Positions 37,088 to 47,656 are shown, counted from the first letter of the stretch. The stretch is 49,988 nucleotides of DNA from Boseongicola sp. (GCA_029287375.1 JARFRG010000087.1:1-49988); one strand, 5' to 3'. A program made the numbers and translations. Notes: generated by a model from the letters alone, not told the origin.

Positions 37088-38528
37088 GTTACTTTTCCAA
37101 GATAAATTCCTGACGATCAGGGTGGCTCTGCTGGCGCTGGTGTCAACCCTGTTGCTGGTCACAGTCGCGCGCGCGCACGAAGTGCAGCCAACAATCGCCG
37201 ATCTGACGATTGGCAGCAGCAATGTCGAGGTCATTCTGGACTGGGTGCTCGAGGCCCCTATCGCCGGGCTGGACCTTGAAGGCGTTGAGGACACAAACGC
37301 CGCTGAAGGCGCAGAAGACTACGACGCGTTGCGCGCGCTTGATGCTGCGGCTCTTGAGACCGCGTTCCGCGAAGCGTGGCCGTCCATTTCGCAAGGCCTT
37401 TCCCTGCGCGCGGGCGATGACGCGCTGCCGTTTGAAATCTCCGGCCTGACAATTCCCGAAGTCGGCAACGTAGAACTGGCACGCAATTCACAAGTCATCT
37501 TGTCCGCGCCTCTCCCGGAGGGCGACAGCCCCATCGTGATGTCGTGGACCTCGGAATACGGCCCCCTCGTTGTCCGCCAGCAAGGCATTGAAAATGGTTA
37601 CACAGCCTATCTGATTGCAGGTGGTGAAACCGATCCGATTCCGCGCACAGGCGGCGATGACCAGACCGGAGGTCAGGCCTTTGTCGAATACATCGGTGTT
37701 GGCTTTGACCATATCATTCCGCTTGGTCTCGACCATATCCTGTTCGTCCTCGGCCTATTTTTCCTCGCCCTCAAAATGGGTCCGCTCCTTTGGCAAATCT
37801 CGGCCTTTACGCTGGCCCACACCGTCACGCTCGCGCTTGGATCGCTCGGCATCATCCGCATTTCACCCGATATCGTCGAACCGCTCATCGCGGCCTCGAT
37901 CGTCTATGTAGGCGTTGAAAACGTGCTGTCGCGTGGCCTGACCCCGTGGCGACCCTTCATCGTGTTTGGGTTCGGCCTCCTCCATGGCCTCGGTTTTGCA
38001 AGTGTTCTCAGCGACTTCGGTCTTGGCGGGGCGCATTTCGTCCCCAAGCTGATCGGCTTTAACGTCGGCGTGGAAATCGGCCAACTCGCGGTGATCGCGG
38101 CGGCCTTCATCGCCTTGGGCATTCTGTTTGGAGGCCACGCGTGGTGGCGCCTGCGTATTGCAAGTCCGGTGTCCATCGCCATTGCGATGATCGCCACCTT
38201 CTGGGTCTTCGAGCGCACCGGCTTCCTTGATCCCGAAGGCACATTCGCCCCATTCGCCTTGCTGACCGAAGGCGGCTTTGCCCCGATCTGGACCGTCATC
38301 GCGGTGGCCGTCATCGCGGGCGCTCTGACCGTCGCTGTTCTTGCAGTTTCCGGGCTCGATGCACTGCGCGATGCGGCCGGGATCATCACATCCTTCGTGG
38401 CGTTCCTTGGCGTCGTGGCGACTTTTACGTCAGGCGCTTGGGTGCTGACTGCGGTCGTGATGGCGATCTGGATCCTCGCGCTGCGCCTGCAATCGCTTGG
38501 CGGACCTGAGGCGGACGCAATCGCATGA
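37086..38528 (+). CDS. HupE/UreJ family membrane protein with C-terminal extension
   Basis: GFDHIIPLGLDHILF, AFTLAHTVTL, FGLLHGLGFA, FNVGVEIGQ; start uncertain (37071, 37086 or 37122). Confidence 0.85.
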   Translation: MLLFQDKFLTIRVALLALVSTLLLVTVARAHEVQPTIADLTIGSSNVEVILDWVLEAPIAGLDLEGVEDTNAAEGAEDYDALRALDAAALETAFREAWPSISQGLSLRAGDDALPFEISGLTIPEVGNVELARNSQVILSAPLPEGDSPIVMSWTSEYGPLVVRQQGIENGYTAYLIAGGETDPIPRTGGDDQTGGQAFVEYIGVGFDHIIPLGLDHILFVLGLFFLALKMGPLLWQISAFTLAHTVTLALGSLGIIRISPDIVEPLIAASIVYVGVENVLSRGLTPWRPFIVFGFGLLHGLGFASVLSDFGLGGAHFVPKLIGFNVGVEIGQLAVIAAAFIALGILFGGHAWWRLRIASPVSIAIAMIATFWVFERTGFLDPEGTFAPFALLTEGGFAPIWTVIAVAVIAGALTVAVLAVSGLDALRDAAGIITSFVAFLGVVATFTSGAWVLTAVVMAIWILALRLQSLGGPEADAIA

Positions 38529-39277
38529 CAAAGCCCGTCGCCCTTGTCACTGGTGCAGCCCGAGGTATCGGGCTCGCCACCACCCGGCTTTTCCTGAAAG
38601 AAGGCTGGCAGGTCGCGATGATCGACATCGACGGGCCCGAACTGCGAACGGCTGCCGCGCCCCTCGAAAACGTGCTGGCAATTGAGGGAGACGTGTCAGC
38701 CCCCACTTCGGTCGACGCGATCACCGCAAAGGTCACAAGTGATTTTGGTGGCATTAAAGCCTTGGTGAACAACGCCGGGCTCGCCGATTTTGGGCCCATC
38801 GAAGGCACGACTTTCGAGCGTTGGAAACATGTGATGGCCACAAACCTCGACGGGCCATTCCTGATGACGCAGGCCGCAACCCCTGCGCTCAAAGCTGCCA
38901 AAGGTGCAATCGTCAACATCGCCTCTATCTCGGGCCTGCGCGCGTCAACCCTGCGTATCGCCTACGGCACCTCAAAAGCCGCTGTCATCCAGCTGACCCT
39001 GCAACAAGCGGTTGAATTGGGCGAACATGGGGTTCGTGCAAACTGCGTAGCCCCCGGTCCCGTACGCACCAAACTCGCAATGGCCGTCCATACCCAGGAC
39101 ATAATTGACGCCTATCACGATGCCCTTCCGCTGAACCGATACGGCAGCGAAAATGAGATCGCCGAGGCAATCGTCTTCCTGTGCTCGGACCGGGCAAGCT
39201 TCATCACCGGACAGGTTCTCGCAGCCGATGGCGGCTTTGAGGCGACCGGAATAGGCCTGCCCGCCCTGCGCAAATAG
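38525..39277 (+). CDS. SDR family oxidoreductase
   Basis: TGAARGIG, NNAG, YGTSK, DGG; ATGA-coupled to the upstream gene. Confidence 0.92.
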   Translation: MTKPVALVTGAARGIGLATTRLFLKEGWQVAMIDIDGPELRTAAAPLENVLAIEGDVSAPTSVDAITAKVTSDFGGIKALVNNAGLADFGPIEGTTFERWKHVMATNLDGPFLMTQAATPALKAAKGAIVNIASISGLRASTLRIAYGTSKAAVIQLTLQQAVELGEHGVRANCVAPGPVRTKLAMAVHTQDIIDAYHDALPLNRYGSENEIAEAIVFLCSDRASFITGQVLAADGGFEATGIGLPALRK

Positions 39278-39381
39278 TCGCGAATAGGCGGCAAATGACC
39301 GGCTGACCTTTCTCATTCCCCCCGAATCACTCCATGATAGTGCGTCTGCAGCATTTGCTTCGGACTTGGTGGGATAGTGAT

Positions 39382-40578
39382 ATGAGTAACCGTGCAGACC
39401 CGAATTTGGGCCGTGAGAAACCGTCCGGACGTGTGCGTCAGATGACGGTCTATGACCGACTCGAAGATGCGCGCAAGCGTCGGCAGGCGCTCTTCGCGGA
39501 ACGCGGCGCGCCCGCCGCCAAACCCGCAACCGCACTCAAGGCCTCCAACGACACGACGCCACCGCGTCAAACCCCGGCCAAAGCAGAACCGCTTGCAGCA
39601 GACGTATCGGTCACTCGCGCGCCTGCCCCTTCTCCCAAACCACTGCCCGAGAGCAAATTCGCCCCGACGGCTCAACGGCCCCAAAAATCCTCGACCAAGG
39701 CCTATTGGGCGGGCCTTTTCCAGGCAATGGCTGCAATCGCGATCGTCGCTGTGCTTATTGCGATGTTCAGTTCGCGCGGCGAAACGCCCGAGAATCCCGC
39801 CGCCGCCACAGCTCTGGTTCAACCCGATGTCACGACCGTGCCGCTGACATCCCCAGAAACCGCAGCAGAAATCGAACCCCTCGTGGCATCCTTCTTGGTG
39901 CTGCGCGCAGGCCCCAAAGCACCGCTTGCGCCCCAACAGACCGCTGTTGATGCACGTATCGCCGCCTTGGTTAGCCCAACATTCGAAACACCTGTGGCAC
40001 TGTTTACACCCGCCACGCCCGACGGTCCTCCGACAGAGTTGGATCAGTTTCCACCCTTCGAGCGCCCTGTGCCGCCGGTTGCCCTGCAACGCATCCCACC
40101 GGCGCGACCCGTTTCGGCAACGCCCGTCGCACTGTCCCAGCCAGAGCCCACGCCAGAACCAGAACCAGAACCAAGCCTCCCCTTCTTCGGAGACGTCACA
40201 AACGTGGTCCTCATGGTCCCTGCTTTTGTACCGCAAGCTCAGGCGGAAGAGACAATCTCTATCGCCGCGGCAAATGGTGTTCCCGTGGATCAAACGCGCC
40301 GCGCCAGCGTCTCGATCAGCCGTACCAATATACGCTACTATCACGCAGAAGACGCACAGGCGGCCATACAGCTCGCCGAAAGCCTTGGGGGTCAGGCACG
40401 GGATTTTACCAACTTCACCCCACCGCCAAATCCCGGTGTGATCGAAATCTGGATGGAAGGTCGCGGAGGCAACGCCTCGGCGTCACAAGGCTCCGCCACT
40501 TCGCGCGGAATCGAAGCCGACCTTCAGGCCCTTCGCGACAGCATCCAGCGCGCGCTCTTTATCGCGACAGGGAACTAG
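39382..40578 (+). CDS. Single-TM Pro-rich protein with LytR_C-like C-terminal domain
   Basis: One TM segment, Pro/Thr linker with EP repeats, TNIRYYHAEDAQAAIQLAESLG...VIEIWM. Confidence 0.65.
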   Translation: MSNRADPNLGREKPSGRVRQMTVYDRLEDARKRRQALFAERGAPAAKPATALKASNDTTPPRQTPAKAEPLAADVSVTRAPAPSPKPLPESKFAPTAQRPQKSSTKAYWAGLFQAMAAIAIVAVLIAMFSSRGETPENPAAATALVQPDVTTVPLTSPETAAEIEPLVASFLVLRAGPKAPLAPQQTAVDARIAALVSPTFETPVALFTPATPDGPPTELDQFPPFERPVPPVALQRIPPARPVSATPVALSQPEPTPEPEPEPSLPFFGDVTNVVLMVPAFVPQAQAEETISIAAANGVPVDQTRRASVSISRTNIRYYHAEDAQAAIQLAESLGGQARDFTNFTPPPNPGVIEIWMEGRGGNASASQGSATSRGIEADLQALRDSIQRALFIATGN

Positions 40579-40585
40579 TCAACGC

Positions 40586-41479
40586 TCAAACCCACTTGGC
40601 GAGCGGCGGTAAACTCATCAAAACCGCGTTGGCATCGTGTCCGGTCTCCAGACCGAACTTGGTGCCGCGATCGTAGACAAGGTTATACTCTGCATACAGC
40701 CCGCGATGTTGCAGTTGGATGTCCTTGTCGGCGTCAGTCCAGACCGTGTCCCGGCGACGCTCGACCAGTGGTAGGTAAGCGCGCAGGAATGCCCGCCCCA
40801 CATCCTGCGTAAACGCAAAGTCGCGGTCCCAGTCGCCAGTGTTCAAATCATCATAAAAAATACCGCCAACCCCGCGCGCACGCCCGCGATGCGGCACGTA
40901 AAAGTAGTCATCTGCCCACGCCTTCAAGCGGGGGTAAATGTCTTCTCCGTGCGGATCACAATGCGCTTTCTGGATGGTGTGAAAATCCGCCGTATCCTCG
41001 TCGTATTCGATGCAGGGGTTTAGATCGGACCCGCCCCCAAACCACCAGGCATGTGGGGTCCAGAACATCCGGGTATTCATATGAATTGAAGGCACATGCG
41101 GGTTTTGCATATGCGCAACAAGACTGATGCCGCTCGCCCAGAAACGCGGATCATCCGCCATGCCGGGAATACCCTTGCGGGACGCCATCGCATTCTGCGC
41201 TCGCTCACCCAGTTCGCCATAGACCGAAGACACGTTAACGCCGATCTTTTCAAACACGCGGCCGCCGCGCATCACGCTCATCAAGCCGCCACCGGCGTCC
41301 GATCCATCGCCAGACGACCTCTTGGTCGGTGTGACCTCGAACCGCCCCGCAGGATGATCGGCAAATGGTCCGCTGGTCTGGCTGTCTTCCAACGCCTCAA
41401 AGGCTGCAACAATGTCATCGCGCACGCTGCGAAACCAAGCGCTTGCGCGATTTTTCTGGCCTTCAATCTGGTCTGTCAT
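40586..41479 (-). CDS. hemF: Oxygen-dependent coproporphyrinogen III oxidase
   Basis: FEKIGVN, HMNTR, WFGGGSDL, RGVGGIF, YDRGTKFGL. Confidence 0.96.
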   Translation of the reverse strand: MTDQIEGQKNRASAWFRSVRDDIVAAFEALEDSQTSGPFADHPAGRFEVTPTKRSSGDGSDAGGGLMSVMRGGRVFEKIGVNVSSVYGELGERAQNAMASRKGIPGMADDPRFWASGISLVAHMQNPHVPSIHMNTRMFWTPHAWWFGGGSDLNPCIEYDEDTADFHTIQKAHCDPHGEDIYPRLKAWADDYFYVPHRGRARGVGGIFYDDLNTGDWDRDFAFTQDVGRAFLRAYLPLVERRRDTVWTDADKDIQLQHRGLYAEYNLVYDRGTKFGLETGHDANAVLMSLPPLAKWV

Positions 41480-41558
41480 AAGGTTTTTCCGGTAATATTC
41501 AGCGATTTCCGGCAATTTGGCACAGGTCTTTGGAAAGGCAAAGGGGCCGCGCGAAAAA

Positions 41559-42368
41559 TTAGTGGGCAGGCGCATCCACGGCGTCAACCAAGGTTCGTCC
41601 GCCGTCCACTGTTAGAATTTGCCCGGTCATAAAGCCCGACCCGTTCGACGCAAGAAACTGAGCAACCTCAGCCAGCTCCGATGGCGCCGCGATTCGATTC
41701 AAAGGTGTCGAATCAATGATTTCTTCACGAAATTCTTCATGCTCCAGAATTGCACCTTTCAACGACGCACTCATTATCGACCCAAGAGCAATCGCATTCA
41801 CCCGGATGCGGTGCGGCGCAAGCGCGACCGCCATCGACCGCGTCAACTGATCTACCGCCGCTGAACTGACGGAATAAGCCAAAAGGTTTGGCTGTGTGCG
41901 ACGCGCGGCAATCGAAGACAGGTTAATGATCGAACCGACCGGCCCCTCGTCTTCGTCTTCAGACGCCTGTTTGATCATCCGCTTGGAGAAAACCTGACAC
42001 AGCCGCAGCGACGTCATAAGGTTCTGATTAAGCAGTGTCGTCACTGCATCATCATCCGCGTTCAAAGGATCCGCCGCGATCATCTGACGCGAGCCATTGA
42101 CCAAAATATCAACCCGATCGAACCGATCTATCGTCGCCGACAAAAGGTTCGCCACACTCAGTTTTTCGCGTAGATCACCGGCGAAGTATCCTGTTGTTCC
42201 CTGATCGTCGTCTTCGACCGAACCCAGCTCGCTCATCAAACGCTCTTCATCCATATCCGCGAACATCACATTCGCTCCTCGCGCCACGAAATGGCGCGCA
42301 ATGGCCAGTCCGACCCCGTTCGCTGCCCCGGTGACAACGGCTGTTTTACCGGCAATTGAAAACGACAT
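41559..42368 (-). CDS. SDR family oxidoreductase
   Basis: TGAANGVG, NLSS, YSVSS (Ser at the catalytic Lys position), TVDGG. Confidence 0.88.
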   Translation of the reverse strand: MSFSIAGKTAVVTGAANGVGLAIARHFVARGANVMFADMDEERLMSELGSVEDDDQGTTGYFAGDLREKLSVANLLSATIDRFDRVDILVNGSRQMIAADPLNADDDAVTTLLNQNLMTSLRLCQVFSKRMIKQASEDEDEGPVGSIINLSSIAARRTQPNLLAYSVSSAAVDQLTRSMAVALAPHRIRVNAIALGSIMSASLKGAILEHEEFREEIIDSTPLNRIAAPSELAEVAQFLASNGSGFMTGQILTVDGGRTLVDAVDAPAH

Positions 42369-42374
42369 GGCTGG

Positions 42375-43364
42375 CTATCCTCTCGAACGGCGTTTCGGAG
42401 ACGTGGCATGGAAGAGCTTGAAAGACGGGGTGTTGGCCATGGGCTGAACCTGATGAAAGACGTCCTCTAGCACCGTTTCGTAAGGCAAATGACGGTTGGC
42501 AACAAGCCACAGGTGGCCTTTCGGCACCAGCATGCCTGCCGCAGCGCGGATGAAATCCTGCCCTAACCGTGCATCAACTGACCGACCCTGATGAAACGGC
42601 GGGTTCATCACAACATGATCCACCGCGCCCGTTGCGCGATATGTCAACGCATCCGCCCAATGAAACGCCGCGCGCGGATCCGTGACGTTAAGTTTCGCAG
42701 CCTCAAGCGCAGCGTGATCCGCCTCAACCAGATCAACTCCGGTGACGCCTTCGCGCTGCAACACCGCGTCCGCAAGAAATCCCCACCCTGCCCCAAGATC
42801 GACCACACGGCCTTTCATCTTAGGCGGCAAAGCCTCGGCCAACGCGCGACTGCCAGGATCAACACCATCGGCAGAAAACACTCCGGCACCGGTATGAAAA
42901 CGCCCCTCAACCATCGGCATTTCAACCGCGTGCCACTCTGACAGATTCGCATCACGCACCACAAATAACTTGCCGTGCGCCTTGGAAATCACCTCGCCCA
43001 CATCACCGCGCCGTCGCATGTCGCGCAAATAGGAATCGACGCCATCGGTTTTTTGACCATCCACCACGATCGGCCCGTTCGTCGCCACCTGTGCGCGGGC
43101 CAGCATTGCGCGCGCTTCGGCCTTGGCACGTGGCAAACGGATCAGCGCGGCAGCGTATGGCCCCCCAATAGAGGTCGCCACCTGAAACCCCTGCTCTTCG
43201 AAATAATGGTGATCGGGATAGTGCCGCTGAATGATCTCAACGCGATCTTTCGGCAAATCCGAAAGATCATCGCCGCGCACGGGCCCAATCACGGCGACAA
43301 GACCGCCTTCAGGCACATCAAAGGCACCGCTTTCAAGCGCAAGGTGTAATCTGGATGCGTTCAT
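42375..43364 (-). CDS. Class I SAM methyltransferase (RsmC/MTS-like)
   Basis: GVFSADGVD, DLGAGWG, NPPFH, VANRHLPY. Confidence 0.88.
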   Translation of the reverse strand: MNASRLHLALESGAFDVPEGGLVAVIGPVRGDDLSDLPKDRVEIIQRHYPDHHYFEEQGFQVATSIGGPYAAALIRLPRAKAEARAMLARAQVATNGPIVVDGQKTDGVDSYLRDMRRRGDVGEVISKAHGKLFVVRDANLSEWHAVEMPMVEGRFHTGAGVFSADGVDPGSRALAEALPPKMKGRVVDLGAGWGFLADAVLQREGVTGVDLVEADHAALEAAKLNVTDPRAAFHWADALTYRATGAVDHVVMNPPFHQGRSVDARLGQDFIRAAAGMLVPKGHLWLVANRHLPYETVLEDVFHQVQPMANTPSFKLFHATSPKRRSRG

Positions 43365-43389
43365 GGGAATTCCGGGCGCAAACCGCGTC

Positions 43390-43740
43390 CTATTCCTTTT
43401 CCATCGTGCATTGCAGAGGGTGCTGATGACGGAGAGCAAAATCCATCACCTGCGTCACTTTCGTTTCTGCAACTTCAAACGAAAACACACCTACGACAGC
43501 CAAACCCTTCTTGTGAACGGTCAGCATAATCTCGAACGACTGCGCGTGGCTCAGCCCAAAAAACCGCTCCAATACGTGGACGACAAACTCCATCGGAGTA
43601 TAATCGTCGTTCAAAAGCATCACCTTATAAAGCGGCGGCTTTTGGGTCTTGGGCTTGGTATCGGTCAGAACACCAGTGTCGTTGTCAGCGTCACCCGGCT
43701 TGTCCGTATCAGCCATCATATGCAATGTGCGGAGTATCAC
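43390..43740 (-). CDS. clpS: Clp protease adaptor ClpS
   Basis: [26 protein letters not shown]. Confidence 0.96.
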   Translation of the reverse strand: MILRTLHMMADTDKPGDADNDTGVLTDTKPKTQKPPLYKVMLLNDDYTPMEFVVHVLERFFGLSHAQSFEIMLTVHKKGLAVVGVFSFEVAETKVTQVMDFALRHQHPLQCTMEKE

Positions 43741-43829
43741 GCGGCCCCATTTCGGTCGTCTCGATCAGCAGCACAATATATGCGAAAGCTGCTCGGTGAA
43801 AAGGGGATGTCGATGGGAAAGACAAAGAT

Positions 43830-44531
43830 ATGCTGACGACGCTGTGTTTTGACGCCGATGATACGCTTTGGCACAACGAACGCTTCTTCCAGATGACCCA
43901 GGCGCATTTCGCGACGCTTCTGGTCGACTACGCCGGACATGACCATCTTGCCGACAGGTTGCTGGCGGCGGAAAAACGAAATCTTGGCCGCTATGGGTTC
44001 GGCATCAAAGGCTTTGTTTTATCGATGATCGAGACGGCCTTGGACGTCACCGAGAATCAGGTTCCCGGCCATGTTATCGCAGACATCATCGCCGCAGGTC
44101 ACGACATGCTCGCCCACCCGATCGACCTCTTGCCCGGCGTCGCCGACACCATTGCCGAACTGGCGCCAAACTATCGGCTGATCCTGATTACCAAAGGTGA
44201 TCTATTGGATCAGGAGCGGAAAATCGCGCAGTCTGGTCTGGGTGATCTTTTCGACGGCATCGAAATCGTCTCGGATAAGACAAGGGCTGCCTACGCCGAG
44301 ATATTTTCGCGCCACGAGACCCGACCCTCGGACACGCTTATGGCCGGCAATTCAATGAAATCTGACGTTCTGCCCGCACTGGATGCAGGGGCGTGGGGCA
44401 TCTACATCCCGCACGGCATCAGTTGGGAAATCGAAGCAGCAGAACCACCCCAAGGTCACCCAAAGTATCACGAGGCCGCCCAGTTTGCAGATCTGCCCAA
44501 AATCATCGCAGGCATTAACCACAGCATCTAG
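43830..44531 (+). CDS. HAD family hydrolase
   Basis: FDADDTLW, ITKGD, GNSMKSD. Confidence 0.9.
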   Translation: MLTTLCFDADDTLWHNERFFQMTQAHFATLLVDYAGHDHLADRLLAAEKRNLGRYGFGIKGFVLSMIETALDVTENQVPGHVIADIIAAGHDMLAHPIDLLPGVADTIAELAPNYRLILITKGDLLDQERKIAQSGLGDLFDGIEIVSDKTRAAYAEIFSRHETRPSDTLMAGNSMKSDVLPALDAGAWGIYIPHGISWEIEAAEPPQGHPKYHEAAQFADLPKIIAGINHSI

Positions 44532-44589
44532 GCCTCTTTCATCTCTCAACCACACTATCTGGTAATTTCACTGCGTTTAGGGAAAAGCA

Positions 44590-44610
44590 CCGAAAATTCA
44601 TTATTTTCGG
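44590..44610. promoter_or_regulatory. Palindromic operator candidate
   Basis: CCGAAAAT-tcatt-ATTTTCGG, perfect 8-bp inverted repeat upstream of the DD-carboxypeptidase gene. Confidence 0.4.
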
Positions 44611-44694
44611 ATTGAATGAGGCGTGCTAGTGTCCTGAAAAATCAGGGATCTGGCGCTTAAAGACCGGACCCAGAGGCAGTAAAAGGGCACTATC

Positions 44695-46152
44695 GTGGCG
44701 TATCCGCTTTTCGTCGGAGCCGTATTCCGGGCATTTTTGTGCGCGTGTTTGATCGCCGTCGTGCCAATTGCGGCATCGGCTGCGCCCTACGCGGCCATGG
44801 TTGTCGATGCACGGTCCGGCAAAGTTCTTCACTCCCGCAATGCAGACACGCAGCTTCATCCGGCGTCCCTAACCAAGATGATGACGCTTTACGTGGTTTT
44901 TGACGCCATCGAAAAAGGCGAACTCAGCCTCGACACCAAGATCCTGATTTCCCGCAAAGCCGCTGCCGAACCGCCCTCAAAGCTGGGTCTGAAAGCTGGT
45001 TCTCGCATCCAGCTGCGCTACCTCATTCGCGCGGCAGCGGTGAAATCTGCCAATGACGCCGCCACCGCATTAGGCGAAGCCGTTTCCGGCAGCGAAGCCG
45101 CCTTTGCCCGCCGCATGACCCGCATGGCCAAGGCCATGGGCATGAGCAAAACAACCTTCAAAAACGCCCACGGCCTGACAGAATCCGGGCATCTGTCGAC
45201 GGCCCGCGACATGACCACGCTGGGCCGCCACCTGTTTTACGACTTCCCGGAATATTACAATTTGTTCTCCCGCAGATCGACAAGCGCCGGGATCAAGACC
45301 GTCAACAACACGAACCGTCGCCTCCTGGGGGCCTATCGCGGTGCCGACGGCATCAAGACCGGTTACACCCGGGCGGCCGGCTACAATCTTGTGGCCTCGG
45401 CTGAACGCGGAAACGAACGCGTCATCGCCACAGTCTTTGGTGGCCGCTCGACTGCATGGCGCAATGCCCGCGTCGCCGAATTACTTGATATGGGATTTGA
45501 GCGCGCGCCCACCCGCGTCGCCGTGCGCAAACCGTCACGTCCGATCCTGACGGCAGAGGGCGCAACCGGCACACCGGGCCGCGTTATTCGCTCCTCGGGC
45601 CTTGTCACAAGAACCCCCAGACCAAGACTGCGGCCCATCGAGCAGCCCGCAGAAGAAATCCTCATCGCGCTTCAGGATGGCATCGCGGACGCCCTTGCAA
45701 CCGTCGTGGCGTCCGACGCGTCAACTGCCGCCATCGCCCCCCAGACGACGCCCAAAGCTGTCGCGGTACCTGTCCTGACCGCCAGTCTTGCAAGCGGTCT
45801 TGTCTCAGCGCCCCGCCCCCGCGCGCGCAACCTTGTCAGTTTGAACTCAAACGCGCCCGCGCCCGAAAGTGACACGGACGATCAGGTCGTCGTCACCCGC
45901 ATGTCCACATCGGGTGGGCGGCACTGGGCCATCAACGTGGGGCGCTTCACTACCCGCCACGAAGCCGAGAAAATGCTCTTGCAAACCGCTCTGGTCGAGC
46001 TTGGAACGCTTGATGAGGCCCTGCGCAAGATCGTGCGAAGCTCGCAAGGGTTCGAGGCAAATTTCGTCGGATTGTCTGCCGAAACCGCCGAATTGGCCTG
46101 TCGTCGTCTGCTTGCGCAGAACGTCAACTGTCTGCCGGTCGGTCCTAGCTAG
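44695..46152 (+). CDS. D-alanyl-D-alanine carboxypeptidase (S11) with SPOR-like C-terminus
   Basis: PASLTK, SAND and KTG motifs. Confidence 0.92.
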   Translation: MAYPLFVGAVFRAFLCACLIAVVPIAASAAPYAAMVVDARSGKVLHSRNADTQLHPASLTKMMTLYVVFDAIEKGELSLDTKILISRKAAAEPPSKLGLKAGSRIQLRYLIRAAAVKSANDAATALGEAVSGSEAAFARRMTRMAKAMGMSKTTFKNAHGLTESGHLSTARDMTTLGRHLFYDFPEYYNLFSRRSTSAGIKTVNNTNRRLLGAYRGADGIKTGYTRAAGYNLVASAERGNERVIATVFGGRSTAWRNARVAELLDMGFERAPTRVAVRKPSRPILTAEGATGTPGRVIRSSGLVTRTPRPRLRPIEQPAEEILIALQDGIADALATVVASDASTAAIAPQTTPKAVAVPVLTASLASGLVSAPRPRARNLVSLNSNAPAPESDTDDQVVVTRMSTSGGRHWAINVGRFTTRHEAEKMLLQTALVELGTLDEALRKIVRSSQGFEANFVGLSAETAELACRRLLAQNVNCLPVGPS

Positions 46153-46156
46153 TCGC

Positions 46157-46738
46157 TCAGGCGCGCCCCGCATCCGCCGACAGCATCAACGCATCTACCC
46201 CCAGCGTGGCCAGCGCCGCCGTCCACTTGTCGACGTCCGCGCAGTCAAAAACAACTTCGCGCGACGCATCGCAGGTCAGCCAGCCGTTCTGCATTATCTC
46301 TGTTTCAAGCTGCCCCGGCCCCCAACCCGCATATCCAAGCGCCAAAAGCGCATCCGCAGGCCCCTCCCCTTTTGCAAGGCCTTCCAGGACATCCAACGTC
46401 GCCGTCATCCCAAAGCTCCCAGACACCTGCAGCGTAGAGCCCTCTGACGCATAATCCGCCGAATGCAGCACGAAGCCGCGCCCATGCTCAACCGGCCCGC
46501 CAAAATGCACCTGCACCTCGCGACGCACCGGAGTGCCGCCAATATCCAGTTGTTCCAGCAGTTTCGCGAAAGTCAGCGCTGGCGTCGGCTTGTTCACAAT
46601 CAGGCCCATCGCTCCTTCCGCAGAATGCGCGCACATAAAGATCACGCTCTTGTCAAACCGCGGATCTCCCATGCCCGGCATAGCGATCAACAGCTTGCCT
46701 TCAAGTTGCGACGGGATGCTTGCGTCAGGATCAATCAT
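46157..46738 (-). CDS. YqgE/AlgH (UPF0301) family protein
   Basis: [29 protein letters not shown]. Confidence 0.93.
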   Translation of the reverse strand: MIDPDASIPSQLEGKLLIAMPGMGDPRFDKSVIFMCAHSAEGAMGLIVNKPTPALTFAKLLEQLDIGGTPVRREVQVHFGGPVEHGRGFVLHSADYASEGSTLQVSGSFGMTATLDVLEGLAKGEGPADALLALGYAGWGPGQLETEIMQNGWLTCDASREVVFDCADVDKWTAALATLGVDALMLSADAGRA

Positions 46739-46852
46739 CCCAAAAGGATGCGGCATCACGCCATGCGCCACAAGAGCAGCCATGTCACAGTCACAAACGA
46801 TTACCGGAATGTGATTTCCAAAACCGCCTCGCGGCCCTTAATTCAAAGCCTT

Positions 46853-47656
46853 ATGAAGATGACAACTCTCGCCGCCACGCTGATGGCCCTGTCTACCCCT
46901 CTCGCCGCGGTCGCGGGAGATGTTCCCGACGTGCTGGCCGATGTCCAGGTCCTGCCTGGATGGCGCGGCGAGGACGGCATCCACCGCGCGGCCTTCTCAA
47001 TCCGCCTTGCGCCGGGATGGAAAACCTATTGGCGCACCCCTGGCGACGCAGGTATCCCCCCCGTTTTCGATTGGTCCGCCTCCCAGAACCTGTCCGGTGT
47101 CGGAGTATCTTTTCCGGTCCCTGACGTGTTTTACGAAAACGGAATGCGCTCAATCGGCTACGACGACGCCGTCATCCTGCCGCTGGCCTTGCGCGCCAAT
47201 GACGCACAAACTGACATTCAGCTGACCGGCCGCATGACCATTGGTGTGTGCTACGATATCTGCGTTCCAGTCGAACTTTACTTCGACAGCATCCTGCCCG
47301 GCAGCGACACCAAACCGACCGCTGCCGTCACCCGCGCCATGGCCGATCGCCCCATGACGGCATCCGAAGCAGGCGTCGGCGCAATCACCTGCGAGATCGA
47401 ACCGATCCGCGACGGACTGCGGATCACGGCCAATATGGCGGTTCCACCGATGAGCGACAAAGACGTCGCTGTGTTCGAACTTCCTGACCGGACAATCTGG
47501 ATTTCCGAAGCCTCGATGGCACGCAGTGGAAACATTCTCGTTGCCAGCGCCGATATGGTCCCAAGCGACGCCAAACCGTTCCTTCTCGCCCGCGAGGATG
47601 TGCGGATCACCGTGATTGGCGGCGGTCAGGCCGTCGACATTCGAGGCTGCGACTAG
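46853..47656 (+). CDS. DsbD N-terminal-like domain protein
   Basis: GWKTYWRTPGDAG, GVCYDICVP; signal peptide. Confidence 0.85.
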   Translation: MKMTTLAATLMALSTPLAAVAGDVPDVLADVQVLPGWRGEDGIHRAAFSIRLAPGWKTYWRTPGDAGIPPVFDWSASQNLSGVGVSFPVPDVFYENGMRSIGYDDAVILPLALRANDAQTDIQLTGRMTIGVCYDICVPVELYFDSILPGSDTKPTAAVTRAMADRPMTASEAGVGAITCEIEPIRDGLRITANMAVPPMSDKDVAVFELPDRTIWISEASMARSGNILVASADMVPSDAKPFLLAREDVRITVIGGGQAVDIRGCD

